From an uncultured delta proteobacterium (lineage in GTDB: Bacteria > Desulfobacterota > Binatia > Binatales > Binataceae), in assembly GCA_963711565.1 (NCBI GenBank), contig CAVQEQ010000003.1, forward strand, positions 992,001 through 1,056,000: a stretch of 64,000 nt of DNA, in the 5' to 3' direction. This document shows positions 1 to 9,352 of the stretch, piece by piece (the stretch's first letter is position 1; the number at the start of each line of letters is the position of its first letter). Under the pieces are notes generated by a model. The model worked only from the letters and a program-made list of their open reading frames with translations. It made no database searches and was not told the origin of the DNA. The position numbers were made by a program, and so were the translations under genes.

Positions 1-939
1 ATTGTAGGAATCAGCGACATACTTGCTTCATCTCTCAAGCGCGCGGAACGCATCTCTTACACCGATGACGCGGTACTCATCACAGGGGAATCGGGAACCG
101 GAAAAGAGATGTTCGCTCAGGCTATCCACAACGCCAGCGCTCGTCGTTCCAAGCCTTTTATTCCCGTGAACTGCGGAGCCATGAGCGATGAGTTGCTGGG
201 CGCCGAACTGTTCGGATATGTCGAGGGAGCCTTTACGGGCGCGACGCGGCGCGGACGGCAGGGAAAATTCAGATCGGCCAACGGCGGCACTCTGTTCCTC
301 GACGAAGTTGAGGCGATGTCGCCCAAGATGCAGAGTCATTTGTTGCGAATCCTCGAGGAGAAACGCGTTTTCCCCGTCGGCTCGGAGGTCCCCTTAGAGG
401 CTGACGTTCGAATACTGGCCGCGACCAACGTGGATCTCAAAAAGAAGATCCAGGATGGCTCATTTCGACAGGACCTGTACTATCGGTTGAGCAATCAGAT
501 GCTAGAGCTTCTGCCTCTTCGTCAGCGGCGTGCTGATATTCGGGCACTGGTTGCGCACTTTCTCAAAGGCTCGGGCACCGAGATCGCGGAGCGGGCCATC
601 GAACGAATGGAGGCCTACTGTTGGCCGGGCAATGTGCGCGAGCTTCGCAACGCTTTGTCGCACGCAAAGCAGACCATGACGAGCGCCACCATCAGCGAAT
701 TTGATCTGCCAGAGTACGTATGTTCGCAGGCTTGTGCCTCGTGCCAATTCGCTCCTGCCGTTACTCAACCGCCGCAAAAGGCCCAGACGCTGCTGATGGA
801 TTCCGAACGTGCCGCCATCCTGGAAGCGCTTCGCGCCTCAGGCGACAACCTGTCGCGAGCTGCCGTGATGCTGGGAGTGAGCCGGGTCACGCTATATCGA
901 AAGCTCAAGAAGCATCAGATCCGATCGGACTACAGTTGA
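1..939 (+). CDS. Sigma54-dependent transcriptional activator (NtrC/Fis family), 5' end outside window
   Basis: Frame open from base 1; Walker A GESGTGKE, intact GAFTGA, LFLDEV, C-terminal Fis HTH (LSRAAVMLGVSRVTLYRKL). Confidence 0.95.
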   Translation: MVGISDILASSLKRAERISYTDDAVLITGESGTGKEMFAQAIHNASARRSKPFIPVNCGAMSDELLGAELFGYVEGAFTGATRRGRQGKFRSANGGTLFLDEVEAMSPKMQSHLLRILEEKRVFPVGSEVPLEADVRILAATNVDLKKKIQDGSFRQDLYYRLSNQMLELLPLRQRRADIRALVAHFLKGSGTEIAERAIERMEAYCWPGNVRELRNALSHAKQTMTSATISEFDLPEYVCSQACASCQFAPAVTQPPQKAQTLLMDSERAAILEALRASGDNLSRAAVMLGVSRVTLYRKLKKHQIRSDYS

Positions 940-961
940 TACGCAGATTCGCGGCTTCTCA

Positions 962-977
962 CGGCATACGGTTTGCT
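962..977 (+). promoter_or_regulatory. Sigma54 (-24/-12) promoter of the CoA-transferase operon
   Basis: CGGCATACGGTTTGCT = GG-N10-GC, close to TGGCAC-N5-TTGC; next to a sigma54 activator gene, 12 nt before ATG 989. Confidence 0.75.
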
Positions 978-988
978 CTTGACCGGGT

Positions 989-2230
989 ATGCTCAAGCCG
1001 TATCGGGTTCTTGATCTTTCGACCGAGCGAGGACTCCTCTGCGCCCAATGTCTAGGCGACATGGGCGCCGACGTTGTGAAGATCGAGCCGCCGGGAGGTT
1101 GCGATGCGCGCAGCATTCCACCTTTCTATAACGACGATCCGCATCCCGACCGCTCGCTCTACTGGTGGGCTTACAATCGAAACAAACGCTCGATCACGCT
1201 GAACCTCGATCGCCCAGAGGGGCAGGTTATTCTCCGCCAACTGGCCCGCCGCGCCGACTTCCTCATCGAATCGTACAATCCAGGTCATCTTGCGAAGCGG
1301 CAGCTTGGATTCGGCGATTTGAGCGCGATCAATCCTGCGCTGATATACGTTTCCATCACCGGCTTCGGTCAGCATGGACCGAAAGCCGGTTACGCCGAGA
1401 GTGATCTTGTTATCATGGCCGCAGGTGGTCCGTTGATTCTTACTGGTGATGCGGACCGTCCACCGGTACGCCTCAGCGTTCCGCAAGCGTACCTGCATGC
1501 CTCGGCGGACGCGGCAGTCGCGTCGCTGGCTGCGCATCACGACCGCTGTCGCTCCGGGCTGGGACAACACATCGATGTAGCCGCGCTGCAGTCGGTCGCC
1601 CTCGCCACGCAGTCCTACATACTCGCTGCGCCGCTTGGTTCACCCGAGGCACGCAGGATGTCCGGCGGGATGAAGGTCGGTCCGCTCGAGATTCCTTTTG
1701 TCTGGCCTGCGAAAGATGGATTTGTCGCCTTGGCGTTTTTGTTCGGTTCGGCAATAGGCGTCTTCACGCGCAGGTTTATGCACTACGTACATGAACAAGG
1801 GTTCTGCGACGAGGCGACGGGCAACAAGGATTGGATCGAGTACGGTGAGATGCTATCCAGCGGGACGGAACCGCTCTCGGAATTTGAGCGTGTAAAGGAG
1901 ATCGTGCGGAATTTTACGCGTCACCATACGAAGGCACAGTTACTTGAACTCGCCGTCGAACGCGGTTTCCTGATGACTCCGGTTGCGACGATCGACGAAG
2001 TCGTCAACAGCCGGCAACTAACCGCGCGCGACTATTTTCAGCGTGTCGAGCATCCCGAACTAAACGCTTCCTTCCGGTATCCCGGACCATTCGTAAAATT
2101 CAATGCCGCGCCCATCCAATACCGGCGCCGGCCGCCGATGGTCGGCGAACACAATCAAGAAATATACTGCGGCGAACTCGGTATGAGTAACTACGAACTT
2201 ACGAAGCTCTCGCAAAATGGAATCGTCTGA
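989..2230 (+). CDS. CaiB/BaiF family III CoA-transferase, subunit 1
   Basis: RVLDLS, LGDMGADVVKIEPPGG, NRNKRSITLNL, ITGFGQHGP motifs. Confidence 0.93.
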   Translation: MLKPYRVLDLSTERGLLCAQCLGDMGADVVKIEPPGGCDARSIPPFYNDDPHPDRSLYWWAYNRNKRSITLNLDRPEGQVILRQLARRADFLIESYNPGHLAKRQLGFGDLSAINPALIYVSITGFGQHGPKAGYAESDLVIMAAGGPLILTGDADRPPVRLSVPQAYLHASADAAVASLAAHHDRCRSGLGQHIDVAALQSVALATQSYILAAPLGSPEARRMSGGMKVGPLEIPFVWPAKDGFVALAFLFGSAIGVFTRRFMHYVHEQGFCDEATGNKDWIEYGEMLSSGTEPLSEFERVKEIVRNFTRHHTKAQLLELAVERGFLMTPVATIDEVVNSRQLTARDYFQRVEHPELNASFRYPGPFVKFNAAPIQYRRRPPMVGEHNQEIYCGELGMSNYELTKLSQNGIV

Positions 2231-3447
2231 TGCGCGACGATCGACCGCTTAGCGACGTCAAGATTCTGGACTTAATGTGGGTGATGGCCGGCCCCGCTTC
2301 GACCCGTATCCTGGCCGACTACGGCGCGACCGTGCTGCGAATCGAATCGCCAACTCGCGTAGACACGGCGCGCACGCTTCAACCTTACCATGGCAACAAA
2401 CTTGGGCCCGATAGCTCCGGGCTCTTCGCCAACTGCAACGCTGGCAAACTCGGAATCGCGCTTGATCTCGGAAATCCGGCGGCTCGTGCGGTGATCTTCG
2501 ATCTCGTGAAGTGGGCCGACGTGGTTACCGAGTCGTTCTCACCTAAAGCAATGCGCGCGTGGGGCTTCGACTATGAGCAACTGCGCAAGCTCAAGCCCGA
2601 TATCATCATGCTGAGTTCGTGCTTGATGGGTCAGACGGGTCCGATCGCAAAAATCGCGGGCTACGGCAACATGGCCGCCGCGATTTCAGGCTTTCACAAT
2701 CTCACTGGATGGCCGGATCGACCTCCCGCAGGACCGTTCGGCGCTTATACCGACTACATCTCGCCCCGGTTCAGCGCGATGGCGATTCTCGCCGCGCTCG
2801 ATTACCGCCGTCGCACCGGAGAAGGCCAGTTTATCGATCAGTCGCAATCGGAGTGCTCTCTTCACTTCCTTGGCCCCGCCGTTCTCGACTACACGGTGAA
2901 CGGCCGCGTGCAGATAAGAGCCGGAAACACCGATAATAGCTTCGCTCCGCATGGAGTCTATCCAGTAGCGGGTGAGGACAAATGGGTAGCGATAGTTTGC
3001 CGGAGCGACGGTGATTGGAGACGTCTGTGCGCGGTAATCGGTCGCGAGGAACTTGCATTTGATTCCCGCTACTCCAGCGCCTCGTCACGCCTGGAGCATC
3101 GCGAGCTGCTCGATTCGGTTATCAGTGAATGGAGTCGAAAGCTCGAAGGTGCTCATATCGAACATATTCTGCAGTCGCACCACATCGCAGCCCACCGGGT
3201 GCAAAACAGCGCCGATGCTTACCGCGATCCGCAATTTCTTCATCGCGGGCATTTTTTCGATCTCGACCATCCGACGCTGGGTAAGTTCACGGTAGAGGGT
3301 CCGCGTGCTGCCCTCTCTCGAACTCCGGCAACGGTCAATCGGGCCGCTCCCGTCCTCGGACAGGACAATCAGCACGTGCTCGCAGAAATTCTCGGCTACA
3401 ACGAGGATAAGATCACCGAGCTTGTGTCCTCGGGAGCGTTAGGCTAG
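2230..3447 (+). CDS. CaiB/BaiF family III CoA-transferase, subunit 2
   Basis: KILDLMWVMAGP, LADYGATVLRIE, NAGKLGIALDL; TGATG coupling to previous gene suggests a heterodimer. Confidence 0.93.
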   Translation: MRDDRPLSDVKILDLMWVMAGPASTRILADYGATVLRIESPTRVDTARTLQPYHGNKLGPDSSGLFANCNAGKLGIALDLGNPAARAVIFDLVKWADVVTESFSPKAMRAWGFDYEQLRKLKPDIIMLSSCLMGQTGPIAKIAGYGNMAAAISGFHNLTGWPDRPPAGPFGAYTDYISPRFSAMAILAALDYRRRTGEGQFIDQSQSECSLHFLGPAVLDYTVNGRVQIRAGNTDNSFAPHGVYPVAGEDKWVAIVCRSDGDWRRLCAVIGREELAFDSRYSSASSRLEHRELLDSVISEWSRKLEGAHIEHILQSHHIAAHRVQNSADAYRDPQFLHRGHFFDLDHPTLGKFTVEGPRAALSRTPATVNRAAPVLGQDNQHVLAEILGYNEDKITELVSSGALG

Positions 3448-3727
3448 CTGACCGGCCTCCTCGAGCGCCGAAATGAACCCTGCCGGTCCCGCCTCCACCA
3501 GGTCGTCTGAGGATCCATGTCGAACTAAATCGAATGTGAAAACATTCTCGCTTAGGTTGCTCGGCCATTTGAACGGCGACTGCGGCGCTCTGCGCGGCGA
3601 CTCCACCCGGCCGCGACCCGCTGCAAAGCTCCAGGGTCGGAAGCCGACTTGGCGAGTCGTCAGCGCTGCATGCCCGCCATGCTTCTAGAACGTTGTTTGA
3701 GTAACGGTCATTTTCAGCCCGTCGGTT

Positions 3728-3801
3728 GTCAACCTCCAAGGTCGTCAACCGCCGCTTGTCAACCTCCGCTCAAGTGTCAACCGCTTCGTCAACCGTCAAC
3801 C
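3728..3801. repeat. Six irregularly spaced GTCAACC heptamers abutting the IS21 end
   Basis: GTCAACC at 3728, 3744, 3758, 3776, 3788, 3795, followed by IS end TGTCAACG at 3802. Confidence 0.85.
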
Positions 3802-3953
3802 TGTCAACGCCGGAGCAAAAGTACATCAACGGGCCGGAGTAAAAATGCATCACTCCTGGCCGGGTTAGTTTGAGCTCTGGGCAGGAGGAGCGCGAGGGGG
3901 ATTTTCCCCCTCGCCCATCTGTGGAACTAAGGGCTGAGCGACCCGGTGGTGGG

Positions 3954-4733
3954 TCAGCCGGGTTCTTGCGGTGGTTGCTCTTCTACGATCTGACCTCTGC
4001 TGTGCTTAAGCCTGAAGCTATCGCCGTTCATCTCGAGGATGTGGACATGATGGGTGAGGCGATCGAGCAGCGCGCCGGTCAGTCGCTCGGAGCCGAACAC
4101 GCCGGTCCACTCATCGAAGGGCAGATTGCTGGTCACGATGATCGAGCCGCGTTCGTAGCGCTGGCTGAAGACCTCGAACAGCAACTCGGCGCCGGTCTGT
4201 GACAGCGGAACGTAGCCGAGCTCGTCGACGATCAGCAGCTTTAAGCCGGCGAGTTGCCGTTGCAGTCGCTGCAGACGCTTTTCGTCGTGTGCTTCGTGCA
4301 GTTCGTTGACCAGGGCCGCAGCGGTAGTGAAGCCAACCGCGAGACCCTTCTGGCACGCTGCCAGTCCGAGCCCCAGCGCGATGTGAGTCTTGCCGGTGCC
4401 GCTGTTACCGAGCGCGATGACGTTCTCACGGCGGCCGACGTACTCCGAGCGGGCCAGTTCCAGCACCAAGGTCTTGTTGAGCGAGGGGATGGCGGTGAAG
4501 TCGAAGCTGTCGAGGCTCTTCACTGCGGGGAACCTGGCTTCCTTGATCCGGCGCTCGATGGTCCGCCGTTCCCGGTCGATCATCTCAAGCTCGGCCAGCC
4601 GCAACAGGTAGCGCGAGTGATCGACACCTTCGGCGGCGCACTGGCGCGCCAGCTTGTCGTACTCACGCAGGAAGGTTGGGAGCCTCAGCGCCTTAAGGTG
4701 GTGAGCGAGCAGAACCTGCGGTGTGTCGCTCAT
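3954..4733 (-). CDS. istB: IS21 helper ATPase IstB
   Basis: MSDTPQVLLAHHLKALRLP; Walker A GNSGTGKTH, LLIVDELGY, ALLDRLTHH; start overlaps istA stop. Confidence 0.95.
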   Translation of the reverse strand: MSDTPQVLLAHHLKALRLPTFLREYDKLARQCAAEGVDHSRYLLRLAELEMIDRERRTIERRIKEARFPAVKSLDSFDFTAIPSLNKTLVLELARSEYVGRRENVIALGNSGTGKTHIALGLGLAACQKGLAVGFTTAAALVNELHEAHDEKRLQRLQRQLAGLKLLIVDELGYVPLSQTGAELLFEVFSQRYERGSIIVTSNLPFDEWTGVFGSERLTGALLDRLTHHVHILEMNGDSFRLKHSRGQIVEEQPPQEPG

Positions 4734-5478
4734 GACGATGCCCCTCCCGCCAGCAGGCTCAAGTAGGCCCGGGCCGAGGTGGTCGCGACGGTGGCGCGCG
4801 GCAAGTAGGGATAGATCTTCATGTCCAGCCGCGGTGGGCGGCGTTCGATGCGGCACAACACCAGATGCTTGACTGCGTCGAAGCTGATCACTCCGCGCGC
4901 GATCGCTTCTCTCACCGCCGCTGATACGTCATCGGTGCGGAACACTTCTAGCAGGCGCAGCACCTGCACGAACTCGCGTTTGCCCGGCTTGCTCAGGCGA
5001 GCCTCGAGCAGACGGCGCAGGGTCGCGAACTCTTCAGGCAGTTCCCAACCGACCAGTGGCGCGGCCTGATCCAGCGCACCGATCTTCCGTTCCAGCAGCG
5101 CCAGGTAGTGCAGCGGATCGAAGATGAAGTCTTCGCGCTCGTAGGAGCGCAGATGACGCGCGATCTCTTCCGCCGCGCAGGCGATCACCACTTCGTGGAC
5201 GTAACCGCGAACCAGCACCTCGCGGTGGCCGTAGGCGGTCGGCACCGAATAGTCATTGCCGCGGTAGCGCACCAGCGAGAGCGAGCTGACTCGCGCTGCT
5301 CTCTTCTCGCAGGCTTCATAGGGAGTGGCCGGCAACGGCAGGAACGTAGCGCGGTCTCGCACCAGTCGCTCGGCGATGGTCTGATCATGGCCACGCAGCC
5401 GATCGTTCAACCTACGGCGGCAGTCCTCCAGCAAGCGCGCGTTGAGTTCGGCGAAGCTGGCAGCGTGCGGAATCGGCA
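4730..5478 (-). pseudogene. istA: IS21 transposase IstA, C-terminal fragment
   Basis: PIP...LNARLLEDC, SLVRYRGNDYSVP, DPLHYLALLERKIGALDQAAPL; N-terminal/catalytic part missing. Confidence 0.9.
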
Positions 5479-5597
5479 TGGCCTGCACCCCAATTTCCCG
5501 CCAGTTATAAGTAGAGTCCGCCGGTTATTTCGCCCCTCCTGGGGCGTGTCGTTTGTGGCTTCGGTTTCATCTTCATCCCAGTTTTTCCGGCCGCCCT

Positions 5598-6497
5598 TCA
5601 CTCTCTGAGGGCGGCTGAAAAACTGTCCGGTTTTGGATCCGAGGTCGGCGCGCTTTGCACCGCGCCGGCCAGCCCTGCTGGCCAAGCGGTGCGCGCGACG
5701 GCCGAGCTCCCTTGATTCTTTGCCGCGAACTCCTCCGGTGCGAGGTAGCCGAGACTCAAGTGCGGGCGCAGGTGGTTGTAGTCGTGCCGCCACGCCTCGA
5801 TGATCGCGCGCGCTTCCCCGAGGCTTGAGAACACGTACTCGTTAAGGCACTCGTCGCGCAACTTGCTGTTGAACGATTCGATGAAGGCGTTCTGCACCGG
5901 CTTGCCCGGCTCGATGTAGTGCCACGCGACCCTTCTGGTGGCCCAACGCAGCACCGCACCACTGGTGAGTTCCGTCCCATTATCGCTAACCACCGTCTCC
6001 GGTAGCGCTCGTTCGATCGTGAGTCGCTCCAGTTCACGCACCACTCGTACTCCGCCTAGCGAGGTGTCGACCACCGTAGCCAGGCATTCGCGACTGAAGT
6101 CGTCAACCACGCATAAGATGCGGAAGCGACGGCCGTCACTCAGCGTGTCGGAGACGAAGTCGAGCGACCAGCGTTGATTGATCTTGATCGGTAGCGTCAT
6201 CGGCGCCCGCGTACCTAGTGCCCGCTTTCGCCCCCGACGCCGGCGCACCATCAGCCGTTCTTCGCGGTACAGTCGATAAAGCTTCTTGTGGTTCAGCGCG
6301 TGACCTTCGCGCGCCAGCATCCATCCTAATCGCCGGTACCCGAAGCGCCGCCGCTCCGCGGCCAGCTCCCTAAGCCGCTGCCTCAACGCCGAGTCGTCCG
6401 GTCGTCTACACTGGTAGCGCAGAGTCGAACGATCCAACCCGACCAGCTCGCACGCACGCCGCTGACTCAGCCCGTGACGCTCTATTACCCGAATCAC
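5598..6497 (-). CDS. IS3 transposase OrfB (DDE core), probably expressed as OrfAB by -1 frameshift
   Basis: [40 protein letters not shown]; A6C slippery site at end of orfA. Confidence 0.93.
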   Translation of the reverse strand: MIRVIERHGLSQRRACELVGLDRSTLRYQCRRPDDSALRQRLRELAAERRRFGYRRLGWMLAREGHALNHKKLYRLYREERLMVRRRRGRKRALGTRAPMTLPIKINQRWSLDFVSDTLSDGRRFRILCVVDDFSRECLATVVDTSLGGVRVVRELERLTIERALPETVVSDNGTELTSGAVLRWATRRVAWHYIEPGKPVQNAFIESFNSKLRDECLNEYVFSSLGEARAIIEAWRHDYNHLRPHLSLGYLAPEEFAAKNQGSSAVARTAWPAGLAGAVQSAPTSDPKPDSFSAALRE

Positions 6498-6520
6498 TGC
6501 TACTCGCCGCGCCGCAGGCT

Positions 6521-6787
6521 TCAGACGTTTTTTCCGAGCAGGTCCTTGAGCGCCGCGTTGTCCAACAGCGAGTCGGCCAACAGTCGCTTCAGGCGGCGGT
6601 TCTCATCCTCAAGCGCCTTGAGCCGCCTGGCGTCCGACACCTCCAGCCCGCCGTACTTCGATTTCCACTTGTAAAAAGTTGCGCTCGAGACCCCGTGCCG
6701 CCGACAGACCTCTTCGGTCCTGGCTCCGCCCTCCTGCTCTCGCAGCACCCCGATGATCTGCTCCTCCGTGAACCGGCTTCCTTTCAT
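6521..6787 (-). CDS. IS3 transposase OrfA (HTH)
   Basis: [12 protein letters not shown]...[20 protein letters not shown]...[13 protein letters not shown]. Confidence 0.95.
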   Translation of the reverse strand: MKGSRFTEEQIIGVLREQEGGARTEEVCRRHGVSSATFYKWKSKYGGLEVSDARRLKALEDENRRLKRLLADSLLDNAALKDLLGKNV

Positions 6788-6853
6788 CGTCCGTCTCCTT
6801 TTTCAGGCGACGGACTCTACCTCATTTCGGCGGAGTTTTCGGGGTGCAGGCCA

Positions 6854-7237
6854 CCACTCATTTGAGCTGGTGCCACCAGATAGTATGGAGACAACTAGCA
6901 AATAACGGTGATCTCCGGCGCGAGCCCACGAAAACTGGTCCACGCCGCAGGTCTCGCCCCAAGATGGAGGTACATCTTCCGGATCGCTCTTTGGTTCTAC
7001 TTGACAAACAAATTTTACAATATCAGCGTGGTTCGCCGAACGCAGGAGTTCGATATTGGAATCGTCCCAAGCGATATCCGAAAGGGGTCGATTCTGCGTC
7101 GGCGTTGAAGCGGCTTGAGTTACTCCCCGAGGTCCAATCACAACCGGCGCTGCCTGGCCCAATGCAGCTAATGATAGACTAAGGTTGGCAAGGACCAGTA
7201 CCGAGAGGCAAGCGATCAGCGGTGGCATCTTTATCAT
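6854..7237 (-). pseudogene. Secreted hypothetical protein, 3'-truncated by IS3
   Basis: Signal-peptide-like N-terminus, RBS (GAGG); ORF runs into the IS3 TIR. Confidence 0.6.
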
Positions 7238-7400
7238 ATTCCTCGCCTACTTTACCCACGCCGCTTCAGTGTGGTGGTAAATTCTAGACCTTTTTATAGG
7301 ATGAACCATTAGCGTTCTTCCACCGACCCACTATAGAGACATATAGACATATAGTAGATGCCCCGGCTTTAATCGCTGCTGCCTTTGCAGAATGCGACCA

Positions 7401-9275
7401 TCAATCGCCGCAACTACTGGGATCGGCTACGCAATCTCTCACGCTGTTTCTATAAGTCAGCGCGCTGGAGCTGCTCCCGGGTTGCCATGTCCATCCGCCT
7501 TTTGCTGCGCAAAAGGACGTATTGTCTTTTGAGATCGTGTTTCCAGAACAGTATGGAACCCAGTATAACAGAAAGAGGTTCGCCTTCGGATCATTCAGAA
7601 GTAAACCCTCGGCATTGTAGAACACAAGAGCATTGTCTTCAAGTTGACTACTGGTTAGCGGAGGAAGATTGTCATATTTCTGAATGCGAGTTTTAGCTCT
7701 ACTAGATTTACTGACGTACCCATTTCTGGCGTAATTCATAAACCGGACAGCAGCTGGATGCGCATATTGAGCAAACACTTTAACAACGCCGTCCGTTGAA
7801 TTTACGGTCCAATCCCACGCGTCCTGATATCCTGAGAATGCGAGTGGCGGACCAACTTGCATGAGGCCTATGTGTGAGCCTGCAGACTTGCCTTCCAATG
7901 GCCACCACCCCCCAGCAGGGGCAATTGGGAAAATAGTATACGGAAAGATGTCGTAATAAGTTTCTCCCGGTTGAAAATTGAATGTAAGAACTTGATTCGG
8001 TCCCGCGAACTGTTGATAGGTGCTCTCGTAACCCGCAACGCCCTCCATTAAGGATGACGTAAAGTTACTGTTATTTATGTATGGAACGGTGGAAGCATTG
8101 TCGTTCACGTGGCTGTGATACAAGTTATCGAGCATAGGAGTAATGGTCGTAGAAGGAATCGAAGTTCCGGTGACGCCGAAGATGTTCGCACAATCGGCCA
8201 CAAGGTCATCTCCCAATGTGCCTTCTCCAATCTCCGCCAACGCTGCGAGTTCGACCAATCCGCCGAGTGATTGCCAGGTGATGGACTGACTCGTGTCAGA
8301 GGTGCCATCAAATGTCGGCGGCGTGAGCAATGGCAAGTTGTCAGTGTCGAGATAGTAAGGAGGAACGCCGGGTCCGCCGCTGGTGTTGTAAATGGTCTGG
8401 TTTGTCCAGATGACGGTGTGTGGCGAGGCGTTCGATGGATCGTTGACCGTGGCGGAAACCGGAACGTTGACTGCAGTGTAATTCGCGTTGCCATCGGTGG
8501 CATTCATCGCAAACGTCGGGGTGGCCTGCGGTGACGGCAATGCGGGCGGCGATGTAATTGCCAGAGGGCTGTTAGCGGGATCGCGCGTGACGGTAAAGTT
8601 CGTGACAAAAGTGACGTTGCCGTTGTCTAAAACAGTAATCACTCCAGGAGCGTCGGGCAGGCAGGGACCTGGTATCCCCAGCACCAAATACCCATTCCCG
8701 TCCTTTTCCGGATCGCACGCGGGAGGTCCTTGAGTCGAGTTGAAGCAGCCGCTGCCCGCGTCGTAGGTCCACATCACATCAAATGCGACGTTGCTGGGAT
8801 ATAGGACATAGAATTCAAAGGTCTCGCCGTCAACTGCATTCATTGCCTCAATCGCCTGTACTACTGCGTAGTCCGAAGTATATGCGACGCCCGGATCGTT
8901 GGCAGGAGCCAGATTCGGCAGTACCACGCAGGTGGGATCATTCATGTCGGGCATGCACCAGGCGCCGGCGCTTTCGTCGGTCGTCTGCTCGAAGAAAGTG
9001 TTGAAATCTCCCTCGAATATGTAGTTGAAAGCATTCTCGGTGGCGAATCGGTAGGTGTTCACCAGGTATCCATTCTCGGTGGTCGGATCCGGCGGTGCGA
9101 TAAGATTTGGATGTGGCTGATCGATACTCTCCCGCAGCACCCGCCGGGGTGTGGACTGCGTTCTAACCAGGACGTTCCCGTTTTCTTCGACCAGGCTCAG
9201 GACAGGTTCCGCCCACGCACTCGACGACAGCCCCACCATCAACGCTGCAATCAACAGAACCCGATTGATTCCCAT
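7401..9275 (-). CDS. Secreted 624-aa protein with C-terminal lysozyme/lytic transglycosylase-like domain
   Basis: Signal peptide (AWA-E); LMEGVAGYES (candidate catalytic Glu), IGLMQV, WDWTVNSTDG resemble SLT motifs I-III. Confidence 0.6.
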   Translation of the reverse strand: MGINRVLLIAALMVGLSSSAWAEPVLSLVEENGNVLVRTQSTPRRVLRESIDQPHPNLIAPPDPTTENGYLVNTYRFATENAFNYIFEGDFNTFFEQTTDESAGAWCMPDMNDPTCVVLPNLAPANDPGVAYTSDYAVVQAIEAMNAVDGETFEFYVLYPSNVAFDVMWTYDAGSGCFNSTQGPPACDPEKDGNGYLVLGIPGPCLPDAPGVITVLDNGNVTFVTNFTVTRDPANSPLAITSPPALPSPQATPTFAMNATDGNANYTAVNVPVSATVNDPSNASPHTVIWTNQTIYNTSGGPGVPPYYLDTDNLPLLTPPTFDGTSDTSQSITWQSLGGLVELAALAEIGEGTLGDDLVADCANIFGVTGTSIPSTTITPMLDNLYHSHVNDNASTVPYINNSNFTSSLMEGVAGYESTYQQFAGPNQVLTFNFQPGETYYDIFPYTIFPIAPAGGWWPLEGKSAGSHIGLMQVGPPLAFSGYQDAWDWTVNSTDGVVKVFAQYAHPAAVRFMNYARNGYVSKSSRAKTRIQKYDNLPPLTSSQLEDNALVFYNAEGLLLNDPKANLFLLYWVPYCSGNTISKDNTSFCAAKGGWTWQPGSSSSALTYRNSVRDCVADPSSCGD

Positions 9276-9352
9276 CGCAGTGCTCCTATCGAGAAACCCA
9301 AAAGCTACAACGGCTAAACTTCCCTCTCCGCGAAAATCCTCGTAGTCCGCGG

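Larger units (their letters stand above)
3802..5478 (-). mobile_element. IS21-family element, truncated (istB-side end, istB and 3' istA only)
   Basis: Terminus TGTCAACGCCGGAGCAAAAGTACATCA with internal repeat GCCGGAGTAAAAATGCATCA; istA/istB; cut at 5478 by IS3. Confidence 0.88.
5479..6853 (-). mobile_element. Complete IS3-family element (IS407-like group), 1375 bp
   Basis: Imperfect ~43-bp TIRs TGGCCTGCACCCC...GTAGAGTCCG at 5479 and inverted ending 6853; orfA/orfB; no matching target duplication. Confidence 0.95.

Noticed and set aside
3728-3801. Mini-CRISPR or IscB/TnpB guide RNA locus
   Set aside because: The 7-nt unit and 0-11-nt gaps are far too short, and no RuvC-type nuclease is adjacent.
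7330-7360. CATATAG repeats as a fourth operator copy
   Set aside because: Does not match GCTAnATAGC; short AT-rich duplication without other support.
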